This document shows positions 27,609 to 36,558 of a DNA stretch of 64,000 nt, in pieces (the first letter of the stretch is position 1; every line of letters starts with the position of its first letter). The notes below the pieces were generated by a model, which did not search any database, was not told the origin of the DNA, and saw only the letters and a program-made list of their open reading frames with translations. The translations under genes were made by a program, and so were the position numbers. Source of the stretch: Sedimentisphaerales bacterium (GTDB lineage: Bacteria; Planctomycetota; Phycisphaerae; Sedimentisphaerales; UBA12454); contig JBEKEA010000004.1 in NCBI GenBank assembly GCA_050014075.1, forward strand, positions 35,665 to 99,664, in the 5' to 3' direction.

Positions 27609-28610
27609 TTAGCCATTCGCCTGAATGGCCGTTATCGCTACCGCCGCGACGATGTCATCGCTGTTGCAGCCGCGGGACAAATCATTTACCGGCTTTGCAA
27701 GGCCCTGCAAAATCGGGCCGTAGGCATTGAGGCCTGCAAGTCTTTCGGCCATTTTGTAGCAGATATTTCCTGCTCCCAAATCCGGGAAGATAAATACATT
27801 TGCCTGGCCTTTTAATGGGCTGTCAGGACATTTTTTCGCTGCTACCTTCGGCACAAAAGCAGAATCAAATTGTAATTCGCCGTCGATTAAATATTCGCCG
27901 CCAAATTCTTTGGCCAATTTTCCCTTCGCAAGTTCGGTTGCTTTAATGACTTTATCGGGGCCTGTGCCTTTGGCAGAGCCTTTTGTGGAATAGGAGAGCA
28001 TCGCGATTTTCGGAACGATGCCGAATTGTTTTGCGGTTCGAGCCGTCGCAAGAGTGATGTCGGCCAATTGCTCTGCGTCCGGGTCCTGGTTCAGGCCTGA
28101 ATCTGCAAACAGGATTGTCATTTTACTGTTCGTCATAAAGAACATACTCGAAACAGTTTCAATGCCTTTGGCGGCTTTTATAATTTGCAGGGCTGGGCGG
28201 ACGGTATCGGCTGTCGAATGAGTCGCTCCGGAGACAAGGCCATCAACTTCGCTGTTTTTTACCATCATCGTGCCGAAATAGACCATAGCTTGTATGGTTT
28301 TAAGAGCCGCTTCGGGTGTAACGCCTTTGTTTTTGCGAAGTTCATAGAATTGCTGGGAAAAATCTTTTAATTTATTGCTTGTTTGAGGATTGATGATTGC
28401 GATGTCGTTTGTTTTTGCTCCAATCTTTTTGAGTGCATCAGCGATTTGTTTTTCGTCGCCGAGAATTGTAAGCTTTGCCATTTTCAGCTCGGCGATTTTT
28501 TTTGCCGCTTCGATTGTCCGCTGGTCTCCGCCTTCCGGCAGGACGATATGTTTGAAAAGAGAGGTTGCTTTTTCAATTATCTGCTGTGAAAAATCTTTAT
28601 TTGTTTCCAT
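27609..28610 (-). CDS. pta: Phosphate acetyltransferase
   Basis: IVLPEGGD.R, SGATHSTADT.R, MLSYST.GS, DGELQFDSA, FIFPDL.AGNI.YK, QGLAKPVNDLSRG. Confidence 0.95.
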   Translation of the reverse strand: METNKDFSQQIIEKATSLFKHIVLPEGGDQRTIEAAKKIAELKMAKLTILGDEKQIADALKKIGAKTNDIAIINPQTSNKLKDFSQQFYELRKNKGVTPEAALKTIQAMVYFGTMMVKNSEVDGLVSGATHSTADTVRPALQIIKAAKGIETVSSMFFMTNSKMTILFADSGLNQDPDAEQLADITLATARTAKQFGIVPKIAMLSYSTKGSAKGTGPDKVIKATELAKGKLAKEFGGEYLIDGELQFDSAFVPKVAAKKCPDSPLKGQANVFIFPDLGAGNICYKMAERLAGLNAYGPILQGLAKPVNDLSRGCNSDDIVAAVAITAIQANG

Positions 28611-28653
28611 AGTTTTTTCTTTATAAAAATATTCTATTATTTAAACAACCGAA

Positions 28654-28727
28654 TGCGTCCGGCAGGAATCGAACCTGCAACCTCTGGCTTCGTAGGCCGG
28701 CACTCTATCCAGTTGAGCTACGGACGC
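28654..28727 (-). tRNA. tRNA-Arg (ACG)
   Basis: Cloverleaf: GCGTCCG/CGGACGC acceptor stem, GCTC D-stem, CT-ACG-AA loop, GCAGG-TTCGATT-CCTGC T-arm; CCA not encoded. Confidence 0.95.
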
Positions 28728-28801
28728 TTAATCGCAGTTATTCTATATTTTTAATATCGATTTTGCAAGGTGTAAAAAATCTTCAATCTTAAATTTTCAA
28801 T

Positions 28802-29092
28802 TTAGATACGGTGCATCATCTTGAAAATCTTTTCATCCTGAAAGGTAATTTTAAGTTTCATTTCCTGCCCGATTTTGTCCAGTCTCTTATGAATCTGAGG
28901 AATGCTGATTGCCGCCTTTGCGATATCGACGGCCATTGTCATAACAAAATAGTTTTCCATAATTTTCTGATTAACATCGACAATATTAATGTTTGCCTTT
29001 GCCATTGCGTTGGCAAGTTTAGCGATGATGCCTACTCTGTCTTTGCCGGTAACGGTTACTATGCAAATCTGAGATTGTTTTTTCGCGGCCAT
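28802..29092 (-). CDS. ACT-domain protein (UPF0237-like)
   Basis: IVTVTGKDRVGIIA, NINIVDVNQ, Q.EKIFKMMHRI. Confidence 0.85.
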   Translation of the reverse strand: MAAKKQSQICIVTVTGKDRVGIIAKLANAMAKANINIVDVNQKIMENYFVMTMAVDIAKAAISIPQIHKRLDKIGQEMKLKITFQDEKIFKMMHRI

Positions 29093-29107
29093 TGTTTATT
29101 CCTTAAA

Positions 29108-29851
29108 TTACCACTTAATATTAGTAAGCTTTTTCATTCCATTATAATCTGTCATATCGAATCCAAGCGAGGTAACGGTTATAAATCCCTCACTAATCGC
29201 CAGTGTATCGCTGGGCAGGTCTTTATCGCGGTGATATCCGCCCGAAAGCTGATAAAGTATTTGGCCTTTACCATTTTTCTCTTTAACAAAATGTTCATCG
29301 AAACCCATCGTTGATTGCGGCACGACTTTTATGCCTTTCGGCTCGCCGCGTGACAGGGCCGGGATATTAATATTTATCACGCCCCCGATACCTGCCGGCA
29401 GAAGTTTATTTATAACTTTGACGCAGTATTTTGCGGCGTTAGCGAAATCCGTCTGTTCTTCGCGGACTGCGCTCAGCGCGACGGACGGTATTTTAAAAAA
29501 CGCCGCCTCTATCGCTGCCGCCACTGTGCCGGAATAATAAACGTTAATGCCGACATTCGCGCCGTGATTTATGCCGCTGACGACAAGGTCGGGCTTCTTG
29601 GAGCAAATTTCCATAATTGCGATTTTAACGCAATCGGCGGGCGAACCGCTGACGCTGTATCCGCTGAATTGGCCTTCTACGTTTATTTTTTCGCAAATCA
29701 GCGGCTCGAATACCGTTATGCTGTGACCTGCGCCGCTCATCCTGTCGGAAGGCGCGACAACGGTTACATCGCCGAGTTTGCACAGCTCTTTATAGGCTGC
29801 TGCTATTCCCGGCGCTAAAATTCCGTCATCGTTTGTTAAAAGAATATTCAT
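29108..29851 (-). CDS. surE: 5'/3'-nucleotidase SurE
   Basis: MNILLTNDDGI.APG, SGAGHS, GSPADCV, VSGINHGAN, YSGTVAAA. Confidence 0.95.
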   Translation of the reverse strand: MNILLTNDDGILAPGIAAAYKELCKLGDVTVVAPSDRMSGAGHSITVFEPLICEKINVEGQFSGYSVSGSPADCVKIAIMEICSKKPDLVVSGINHGANVGINVYYSGTVAAAIEAAFFKIPSVALSAVREEQTDFANAAKYCVKVINKLLPAGIGGVININIPALSRGEPKGIKVVPQSTMGFDEHFVKEKNGKGQILYQLSGGYHRDKDLPSDTLAISEGFITVTSLGFDMTDYNGMKKLTNIKW

Positions 29852-29895
29852 ATCCGGTATGGTAACGTTAAATTTCAAATATTCAACAGTAAATC

Positions 29896-29944
29896 ATCCC
29901 GCACCTTCTTTTGATTCAATTTGAATGTTTAGAAGGTGCGGGAT
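29896..29944. repeat. 14-bp inverted-repeat element, copy 2
   Basis: Same arms as at 17818; 21-bp spacer containing the palindrome attcaa-t-ttgaat. Confidence 0.8.
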
Positions 29945-29978
29945 TGACGCTTAATCCGGCCGGAGTATAATCAATAAT

Positions 29979-30668
29979 ATGATAAGGAAATTTGACAGAC
30001 GCAAAGATTTGGTTTTGACTCGTCAGCAGGTTCGCGATTTCGACGCCTGGGCGATAAATACGGCCTGTGTGCCCGGCGTCGTGCTGATGGAGAACGCAGG
30101 TAGCGGCTGTGCGGAAATTGTCCTTGCGCAACTGGAAAAACCCGCCGGCTCAAAGGTCTGCGTTTTCTGCGGCCCAGGCAACAATGGCGGCGACGGGTTT
30201 GTAATCGCCCGGCATTTGAAAAATGCCGGCGTTGATGTTGCCATCGCTCTTTGCGGACCAGCCTCTAAAATTAAAGATGATGCTGAGGTTAATTATAAAA
30301 TTGTCCTTAATATGAAAATTGCGGTTGAAGAATTTGATACTGCATCTGCGAATATCGAAAAAGAAATCGAAACTTTCGCTGGTAACAGCGATTTGATTGT
30401 GGACGCGATTTTCGGCACCGGCCTGACAGGCGTGCTTCGGTATGATTTTGTCAGGCTTATCAATGCGATAAATTCGCTTAATAAACCTATTGTGGCGGTG
30501 GATATTCCTTCGGGACTCGATTGCGATACCGGCGAATCTTTAGGTGCCGCGATAAAAGCGGTATCGACAGTTACATTTGCCGCGGCAAAAAAGGGATTTT
30601 TAAATCCGCGCTCGGCCCAATTCATAGGCCAGGTTTATATCGCCTCTATCGGCATCGAACCCAGGTAA
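29979..30668 (+). CDS. nnrE: NAD(P)H-hydrate epimerase (YjeF N-terminal domain only)
   Basis: LMENAG, CGPGNNGGDG, VDAIFGTG, VDIPSG, TVTF...K.G. Confidence 0.92.
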   Translation: MIRKFDRRKDLVLTRQQVRDFDAWAINTACVPGVVLMENAGSGCAEIVLAQLEKPAGSKVCVFCGPGNNGGDGFVIARHLKNAGVDVAIALCGPASKIKDDAEVNYKIVLNMKIAVEEFDTASANIEKEIETFAGNSDLIVDAIFGTGLTGVLRYDFVRLINAINSLNKPIVAVDIPSGLDCDTGESLGAAIKAVSTVTFAAAKKGFLNPRSAQFIGQVYIASIGIEPR

Positions 30669-30673
30669 AATTA

Positions 30674-32368
30674 CTATTTCGCCTTTGTCTTTGCTGGTGC
30701 CGGAGCCGGTGTTTGCGGCTTTGGCTGGGCCGCTGGTTTTGTTTGCGTCTGCGCCGGTGTTTGAGTTTTTGCTTTTGTCTGTGTTTGCGGCTGTGACGTT
30801 AATCCGGAGGCTAATGATTCATATCCAATGAAGTTCAGAAATCTTTTCAGGCCGAATATGGGAATGTAAAGGTCTTTAGCCTGGTTTTTGACTTCCAGAT
30901 ATTTTTCTGACGCCTTGACCGAGGCATCGTATTTTTCGGCAGCCATTGGGTCGGCTTCTGTTTCATCAAGTGTCGGTTTTTTCTTTACCTGAGGCTGATC
31001 GCCGAGTATGACAAAATCCGTGTTAGTCGTTACTGTATCTTCAACTTTGCCGCCCCAGTTTTGAATCAATTGTTCTATTTTCGCTGCGCCGTCAGAGTCG
31101 ATTTCGCCGTCGCCGTTAAAATCAAAATCTCCCGCGACGACAAATCTGTTTGTCGCCTTGCTGTCCCAGATAAGATTGACGATTATATCGCCTTCCGAGA
31201 TTGGGTTCTTTTTGCTCATTTTATTAATTCTTGCCATCGAAGTATTTTTATCCACGTTGAGGACTTCTATTTCGTTCCCGCTGTTTCCGTCAGTTGGGAT
31301 AGGGGCGCTTTTGTTATATACGGAAAAAGTCAGGCCCGGATATACCTTGTCCTGGATTCCGATATCTATGAATGCCACCTTTGACGATATGTCGATTGAA
31401 ATTATATGCCCGTCAGGCTTATAGGCCGCGACATCTTCTTTCGGCTTGGACTTTGATACTTCTAATTTGCTCAGCGTCTCCTGTAATCTGTTTTGTGTGA
31501 CGGAAAGTTTGTTCATTGCATCGAGCAATTCCTGTTTGGATTTATTTTTTTCCTCGACTGACTGGTCCCGCTGCTGCGTAAGCGATTGGACCTGCTCGTT
31601 GCTTTTCTTGTCCATCAGGTCGCGAAGCTGATTATAGCTTTGCTGAACGCTGTTGGCGTCTTGCTGCACTGAACGAACCTGGGCCAGCAGCGAGCTTTCT
31701 CTTTCCGCAGCGCCTGTTTTGGACGTTTCCAATTCGCTGTTGAGATTGGCAATCTGCGTATTTAACTGACCGGCAGTCTCGTTCATCTGTCTGAGCTTAT
31801 TGTTATATATTTCAACTATTCTAAACAAACTCGGCGCGCTGTTAACATCTGTTACAGCAGCGGCCGTCGCCGGTGCATTTGTATTCGTTGCAGCGACCGT
31901 TGCCGGCTTATTGGCATCCGTTACAACGGCCTGTGCCGGCGCATTTACATCTGTTACAGCAGCAGGCGAGTTAGTCTCTGCTGCTGCCGGTGGCGGAACA
32001 AAACCCCTCTCAAGGCTTGCAACGATATCTTTATATTTTGTATCAAGCTCGACGAGCTTTGCTTCTGCGCTTGTTTCGCCAGGCTCGGTGCCGGTATCCA
32101 TCTTGTATATTTTGTTTATGTATCCGAGCAGTTGTCGTGTTCGGCTTGCCTTGCGTTCTTTTTGGCCGATAAGTGTGCCGACGTTTTGCACCTCAGATGA
32201 CGTGGCGAATTCTTCCTGATTCTGCTGAGATGTGAGGAATTGGTTTCGCCAGTCTTCGGATTTTATGTAAAAAAGAACCGCAAGAACCGCCGCCACGATA
32301 AAAAGACCGACAAATGTAATAACCGTATAAAGCATTACATTACGCTGTTCCTGTCGAGCAACTGCCAT
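30674..32368 (-). CDS. Membrane-anchored coiled-coil protein with C-terminal BRCT-like domain
   Basis: N-terminal TM, long coiled-coil, Ala/Thr/Pro repeats, I..WGGKV...V...TDFVILG segment, Q/P/T/K-rich tail. Confidence 0.6.
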   Translation of the reverse strand: MAVARQEQRNVMLYTVITFVGLFIVAAVLAVLFYIKSEDWRNQFLTSQQNQEEFATSSEVQNVGTLIGQKERKASRTRQLLGYINKIYKMDTGTEPGETSAEAKLVELDTKYKDIVASLERGFVPPPAAAETNSPAAVTDVNAPAQAVVTDANKPATVAATNTNAPATAAAVTDVNSAPSLFRIVEIYNNKLRQMNETAGQLNTQIANLNSELETSKTGAAERESSLLAQVRSVQQDANSVQQSYNQLRDLMDKKSNEQVQSLTQQRDQSVEEKNKSKQELLDAMNKLSVTQNRLQETLSKLEVSKSKPKEDVAAYKPDGHIISIDISSKVAFIDIGIQDKVYPGLTFSVYNKSAPIPTDGNSGNEIEVLNVDKNTSMARINKMSKKNPISEGDIIVNLIWDSKATNRFVVAGDFDFNGDGEIDSDGAAKIEQLIQNWGGKVEDTVTTNTDFVILGDQPQVKKKPTLDETEADPMAAEKYDASVKASEKYLEVKNQAKDLYIPIFGLKRFLNFIGYESLASGLTSQPQTQTKAKTQTPAQTQTKPAAQPKPQTPAPAPAKTKAK

Positions 32369-32539
32369 TTAAAATCTCCTGAAATTCCTGTTAAATCAAT
32401 TTAATTTCAATACTTATGTAAATTAACAATCATTCAATTATCGGCAAAAAGGGGGGCCAAGTCAACTAAAATCTTGCCTAAATTCACAAACTTCTCGTAG
32501 CATAAGTATCTTTAAGCCTGTATAGTTACGTTAGTTTTT

Positions 32540-32597
32540 ATAAGGATTTGATAATGGCTACTGAACGATTGCATAAAATACTTGCCGCGGCTGGGGT
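32540..32597 (+). pseudogene. Orphan copy 1 of the rluB RBS and first codons
   Basis: 49/58 identical to 33763-33820; encodes MATERLHKILAAAGV then diverges. Confidence 0.85.
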
Positions 32598-32701
32598 CTC
32601 CCCCTACGTGGGTTTGCGCTGTGGCTTCGACAGGCCGAGGGGCTAAATGACGGCTCAAAACCGTGAAAATTAGTGTTTTTTTGCTGTTTTTCACGATTAT
32701 G

Positions 32702-32735
32702 TTGACAAAAGCGTGAAGAATCATATACTATAATT
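32702..32735 (+). promoter_or_regulatory. Sigma70-type promoter abutting the Fic start codon
   Basis: TTGACA 32702-32707, TATACT 32724-32729, ATG at 32736, no SD. Confidence 0.55.
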
Positions 32736-33623
32736 ATGGCAAAAGTATTACATATTTTTAATACAATCAATCGCCTGAGAGAACGATATTATGCCGCATC
32801 TATCGGGAAGCAATCGCTTATAAAAATAATCAGTGAAGCGGAGATTGCCGAGCAGGTTTATAACTCCAATGCCATCGAGAACAGCACTCTTAGTCTTGAA
32901 GAAACAGAGAAAATCCTTTTACAAATAGACCTGGACAGATACATTTCGGAGCGGGAAATTTTTGAGGCGAAAAACTTGGCGCGTGTAGTTTCTTATATCG
33001 ATACAAAAGCCAAAGAACAGGAACTGACGCTTGATGTAATTCTGCTGCTTCATAAAATGCTTATATCGAATATCCGGGACGATGTTGCCGGAAGATTTCG
33101 CAAGGCTGGCGAGTATGTGCGCGTGGCCAACCATATAGCGCCGGGGCCGGAAGAAGTAACAGGCAGACTGGAAAAAATGCTTGCGGAGTATAACGCAAAC
33201 AGCCATGAAAATATTATAAAACGCATCGCGATGCTGCATCTTACCTTTGAACAGACGCACCCATTTGTTGATGGTAATGGCCGTATCGGAAGAGTAATAA
33301 ACAATTATTTGCTTATACGAGAAGGTTTTGTGCCTGTGAATATTAAATTCATTGACAGGGAGATGTATTACGAGGCGTTTAAGGAGTTTAACGAAAAAGG
33401 CACTGCAAAAATAATGGAGGAAATAGTCGGCAAAGCGATTACAAATAGTTATCACAAAAGGCTTGCATATCTGGAAGGCTCGCAGATTATGACGCTTGCC
33501 GAATATGCAAAAAAGTATAAAATATCACACTCAAACTTGATAAATAAGGCAAATCGCCAAACCATAGAGGCTTTTCTTGAAAAAGGCGTTTGGAAGATTG
33601 GCGTAATGCAGAATAAAAAATAA
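32736..33623 (+). CDS. Fic-domain protein (AMPylase family)
   Basis: HPFVDGNGRIGR catalytic motif; N-terminal SNAIEN inhibitory motif (class II arrangement); short HTH-like tail. Confidence 0.93.
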   Translation: MAKVLHIFNTINRLRERYYAASIGKQSLIKIISEAEIAEQVYNSNAIENSTLSLEETEKILLQIDLDRYISEREIFEAKNLARVVSYIDTKAKEQELTLDVILLLHKMLISNIRDDVAGRFRKAGEYVRVANHIAPGPEEVTGRLEKMLAEYNANSHENIIKRIAMLHLTFEQTHPFVDGNGRIGRVINNYLLIREGFVPVNIKFIDREMYYEAFKEFNEKGTAKIMEEIVGKAITNSYHKRLAYLEGSQIMTLAEYAKKYKISHSNLINKANRQTIEAFLEKGVWKIGVMQNKK

Positions 33624-33661
33624 AACGAACTCCGTCATGCGGAGATGACGGGGCTAAACAA

Positions 33662-33694
33662 ATAAGGACAGGAATATGACGACAGAACGATTGC
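33662..33694 (+). pseudogene. Degenerate copy 2 of the rluB start
   Basis: ataagga...atg acg aca gaa cga ttg (MTTERL), followed by scrambled gctgcggc and gctggggt pieces. Confidence 0.5.
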
Positions 33695-33776
33695 CCTCAG
33701 CAGTTTCTTTTGCTGCGGCGAAGAAACTAAACGCTGGGGTAATCGAAATTGATTAATATCATATAAGGATATGATT

Positions 33777-34568
33777 ATGGTTATGGAACGATTACATAAA
33801 ATACTTGCTGCGGCGGGGATTGATTCGCGGCGGAATTGCGAACAGCTTATTTTGCAAGGCTCGGTAAGGGTCAACGGCAAAGTTGTGGATACATTGCCGG
33901 CCTTTGCGGACATTGACAGAGACGTTATTGTTGTTGACGGCAGGAAGATACATTCGGTCAAAAAGGTTTATTATCTGTTCAATAAGCCCAAAGGCGTTAT
34001 CTGCACAAACGACGACCCGCAAGGCAGGAGAAAAGCGATTGATTTTATTGATACCGACCAGCGGATTTTTTGTGCCGGCAGGCTCGAAGCCGATACTACC
34101 GGCGCGATAGTTTTGACCAACGATTCGGCTCTTGCCGACCGTTTAACGCATCCGCGTTATTGTCTTGAAAAGACTTATTTAGTTGAAATCAGGGGCAGGA
34201 TAACAGCGGAGATTATTGAGAAGTTTAAAAAAGGTATGTGGTTTTCGGAAGGCAGGAGTGCGCCGGCGAAGTTAAAGGTTTTAAAATCATCTGAAAAGGA
34301 GTCTGTGATTGAGGTTAGAATTGGGCAGAGCCTTAACAGGCAGATTCAAAGGATTATGGCGCGGTTAGATTACAAAGTGATGGCGATTAAGAGAACGCAT
34401 ATCGGTAATATTTCTTTGCATCGGCTCGGCGTTGGCGATTACAGGCCGCTGACGGAAAATGAGATTGAATATTTGAAAAAGGAAAATCGGGCGGAAACGC
34501 CTATGGTGCCTGCGGGCGGACATTTTAGAAAAAAACGAATAAAAACTCATAGAAATTCTAAATTTTGA
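33777..34568 (+). CDS. rluB: RsuA/RluB-family pseudouridine synthase (catalytic motif reads GRLE)
   Basis: S4 domain ERLHKILAAAG..SRR..E; NKPKGV, GRLEADTTG, LTND, HPRY..EKTY. Confidence 0.85.
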   Translation: MVMERLHKILAAAGIDSRRNCEQLILQGSVRVNGKVVDTLPAFADIDRDVIVVDGRKIHSVKKVYYLFNKPKGVICTNDDPQGRRKAIDFIDTDQRIFCAGRLEADTTGAIVLTNDSALADRLTHPRYCLEKTYLVEIRGRITAEIIEKFKKGMWFSEGRSAPAKLKVLKSSEKESVIEVRIGQSLNRQIQRIMARLDYKVMAIKRTHIGNISLHRLGVGDYRPLTENEIEYLKKENRAETPMVPAGGHFRKKRIKTHRNSKF

Positions 34569-34649
34569 CGAAATAAATGTATGCTTTTTGCGCTTTTTGT
34601 CGATTTTTACGACTTTTTGCGAAATTTTATATAATTAGCGGAGATTTTT

Positions 34650-34814
34650 ATGACTGATAATGTAAAAAAAATTCAATTATCCAAAGAATCTTCTGGGCAG
34701 AATAATCAAAAAGGCAGTGGAGAAAAACGCAGCGGCATAGACCGCAGAAAATTTTCCTTTGGTTACCAGGGCCCCGAACGCAGAAAAATCAAAGACCGAA
34801 GAAGTCAAGGATAA
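34650..34814 (+). CDS. Small (54-aa) Arg-rich protein with KR...DRR / YQGPERR...DRR motifs
   Basis: Manual translation: MTDNVKKIQLSKESSGQNNQKGSGEKRSGIDRRKFSFGYQGPERRKIKDRRSQG*; ggag precedes the ATG; below the ORF-track cutoff. Confidence 0.65.
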   Translation: MTDNVKKIQLSKESSGQNNQKGSGEKRSGIDRRKFSFGYQGPERRKIKDRRSQG

Positions 34815-34885
34815 TCAGCCGGGGCAAATTATTTTCAACTGCCGAGATGACGAACTAATCAATCTAATACACGAAAGGCCCGTTT

Positions 34886-35755
34886 GTGAAAAGATTATCG
34901 TTAATTATCATAATCGTCACTATGCTTATTTCATCGATATGTAATATAACTTTCGCCCAGGACGACCTCAAAATCTGGAACGAATTCGTCGAAGCCGTCA
35001 AAAATGACCAAATAACAGCTGATAGAATTCGCACTTATGACAATTTGCCGAAAGATATGCTCCTGCAATGGAGCAAAATGTTTAAAGAGGGAAAACTTTG
35101 GGAGCAAATCCAGGGGACGCCGGAAGTTTACAAGGTTGGCAAGCACATACATTACATTGTTACATTCGCCAAGGACGATTGGAAAAGCACCTTCTGTCAC
35201 ACATTCCTTGTCGAAGATGGCAAATGGTATTTTCGTCACCTGGAAAATATAACCATTCGTCTCGACAAAATACCGGTGCCGCCGACTTCAAAGTTTCCTG
35301 ATTTGCCGGAAGAGAAAAAAGCCTGGCAACGGCAGGAAATTTACTGGACTGAGCAGGTGCGACTATTCAATTTCCTTGCTAAGGAAAAAGGGAAAGATTT
35401 TGCATTCAACTGGTTCAAAGACGGCGATGGGTATTTGATGGCGGCCAAAACATGGGTGCCTTTCTATCCGCCGGAAAAGGCCTTTATCCTGTATTCGTGC
35501 TGGGAACAGGCAAACTTGAGAGGAAACAAAGTTACGCTGGAAAAATTCGATAGTAATGATGCTGTAGTGCGAATCAAACCAATATATTTGCAGCTCTACA
35601 AACAGACGGGACATCTGAAGACGCAGATTTCTTTCGAAGACTACCGTCGAATTTTTGAAACTATCTGGCAGGACAGGGCAACTAAAGCAGGTTGGAATCT
35701 TGATATTACATATAACGATGATGAATGCCTGTTTAACTTTCATCGGAAGAAATAA
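34886..35755 (+). CDS. Secreted hypothetical protein
   Basis: GTG start after gaaagg; signal-peptide-like N-terminus; no family recognised. Confidence 0.65.
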   Translation: MKRLSLIIIIVTMLISSICNITFAQDDLKIWNEFVEAVKNDQITADRIRTYDNLPKDMLLQWSKMFKEGKLWEQIQGTPEVYKVGKHIHYIVTFAKDDWKSTFCHTFLVEDGKWYFRHLENITIRLDKIPVPPTSKFPDLPEEKKAWQRQEIYWTEQVRLFNFLAKEKGKDFAFNWFKDGDGYLMAAKTWVPFYPPEKAFILYSCWEQANLRGNKVTLEKFDSNDAVVRIKPIYLQLYKQTGHLKTQISFEDYRRIFETIWQDRATKAGWNLDITYNDDECLFNFHRKK

Positions 35756-35790
35756 AGCCTAACAGGTTCAGAGCAACGAGTTTTTTATCA

Positions 35791-36558
35791 TCAGTTGAAT
35801 TCGGCGACGAGCGGTGTGTGGTCGCTGGGCTTTTCGAGTTCGCGAGGTTTTTTATCGATGCTGCAACCGGTGCATTTTTTTGCTATCGGCTCTGAACCCA
35901 TAATGTAATCAAGCCGCCAGCCGCGATTTCTTTTAAGGCCGTTCGGTTCACGATAATCCCAGAACGTAAACTGGCCGGGCTCGGAGCAGTGCTTTCTGAA
36001 AAGGTCAACGAAACCCCAATCCATAAACTTTTTTAAAGTTTGTGAAAGGCCGCGATTAAAACAGACTGTGCCATCGAGAACGGCAGGGTCGTAAACATCC
36101 TTTGCCTCAAAAGCGATATTGAAATCTCCTGTCCATAACAATTTATCAGTCGGCTTGAAATGTTTATTAAAATACTCAAGCAGTCTTTTGAGCCAGTTGA
36201 GTTTGTATTGATATTTTTCGGATTCCATCTCGAAGCCCTGCGGAATATAGGTATTAACGATTGTAATGCCGCCTGTGCTGGCTGTTATCATTCTTGCTTC
36301 GTCTTTCGGCTCGCTGTCGAGGCCGAATTCGACGGAGGCGAATTTGTGTTTGCTGAAGATTGCGACGCCGTTATAGCTTTTTTCGCCTTTGAAGACAAAT
36401 TCATAGCCTGTTTTTGCAAAAGCATCGGAGGGAAAATCTTTGTCCTGAACCTTTGTCTCCTGCACGCAGAGAATATCAGGTTTGTTTTCGGCCAGCCAGT
36501 TTACGATTATCTCTTGTCTGGCCCTTATCGAATTAGCGTTAAAAGTTGCGACTTTCAT
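35791..36558 (-). CDS. xth: Exodeoxyribonuclease III
   Basis: ATFNANSIRAR, LCVQETK, YNGVAI, GDFNIA, GWRLDY, SDHTP. Confidence 0.95.
   Translation of the reverse strand: MKVATFNANSIRARQEIIVNWLAENKPDILCVQETKVQDKDFPSDAFAKTGYEFVFKGEKSYNGVAIFSKHKFASVEFGLDSEPKDEARMITASTGGITIVNTYIPQGFEMESEKYQYKLNWLKRLLEYFNKHFKPTDKLLWTGDFNIAFEAKDVYDPAVLDGTVCFNRGLSQTLKKFMDWGFVDLFRKHCSEPGQFTFWDYREPNGLKRNRGWRLDYIMGSEPIAKKCTGCSIDKKPRELEKPSDHTPLVAEFN

Noticed and set aside
28654-28727. tRNA-Arg as an island attachment site; C:A mismatch in the anticodon stem
   Set aside because: No duplicated tRNA 3' end or integrase nearby, and the flanks are housekeeping genes. A single stem mismatch is tolerated in tRNAs.
35756-35790. 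gcctaac right after a stop codon, like an integron attC R'' box
   Set aside because: No complementary R' box or L boxes in the 35-bp gap and no integron integrase; a 7-mer of this degeneracy is expected by chance.
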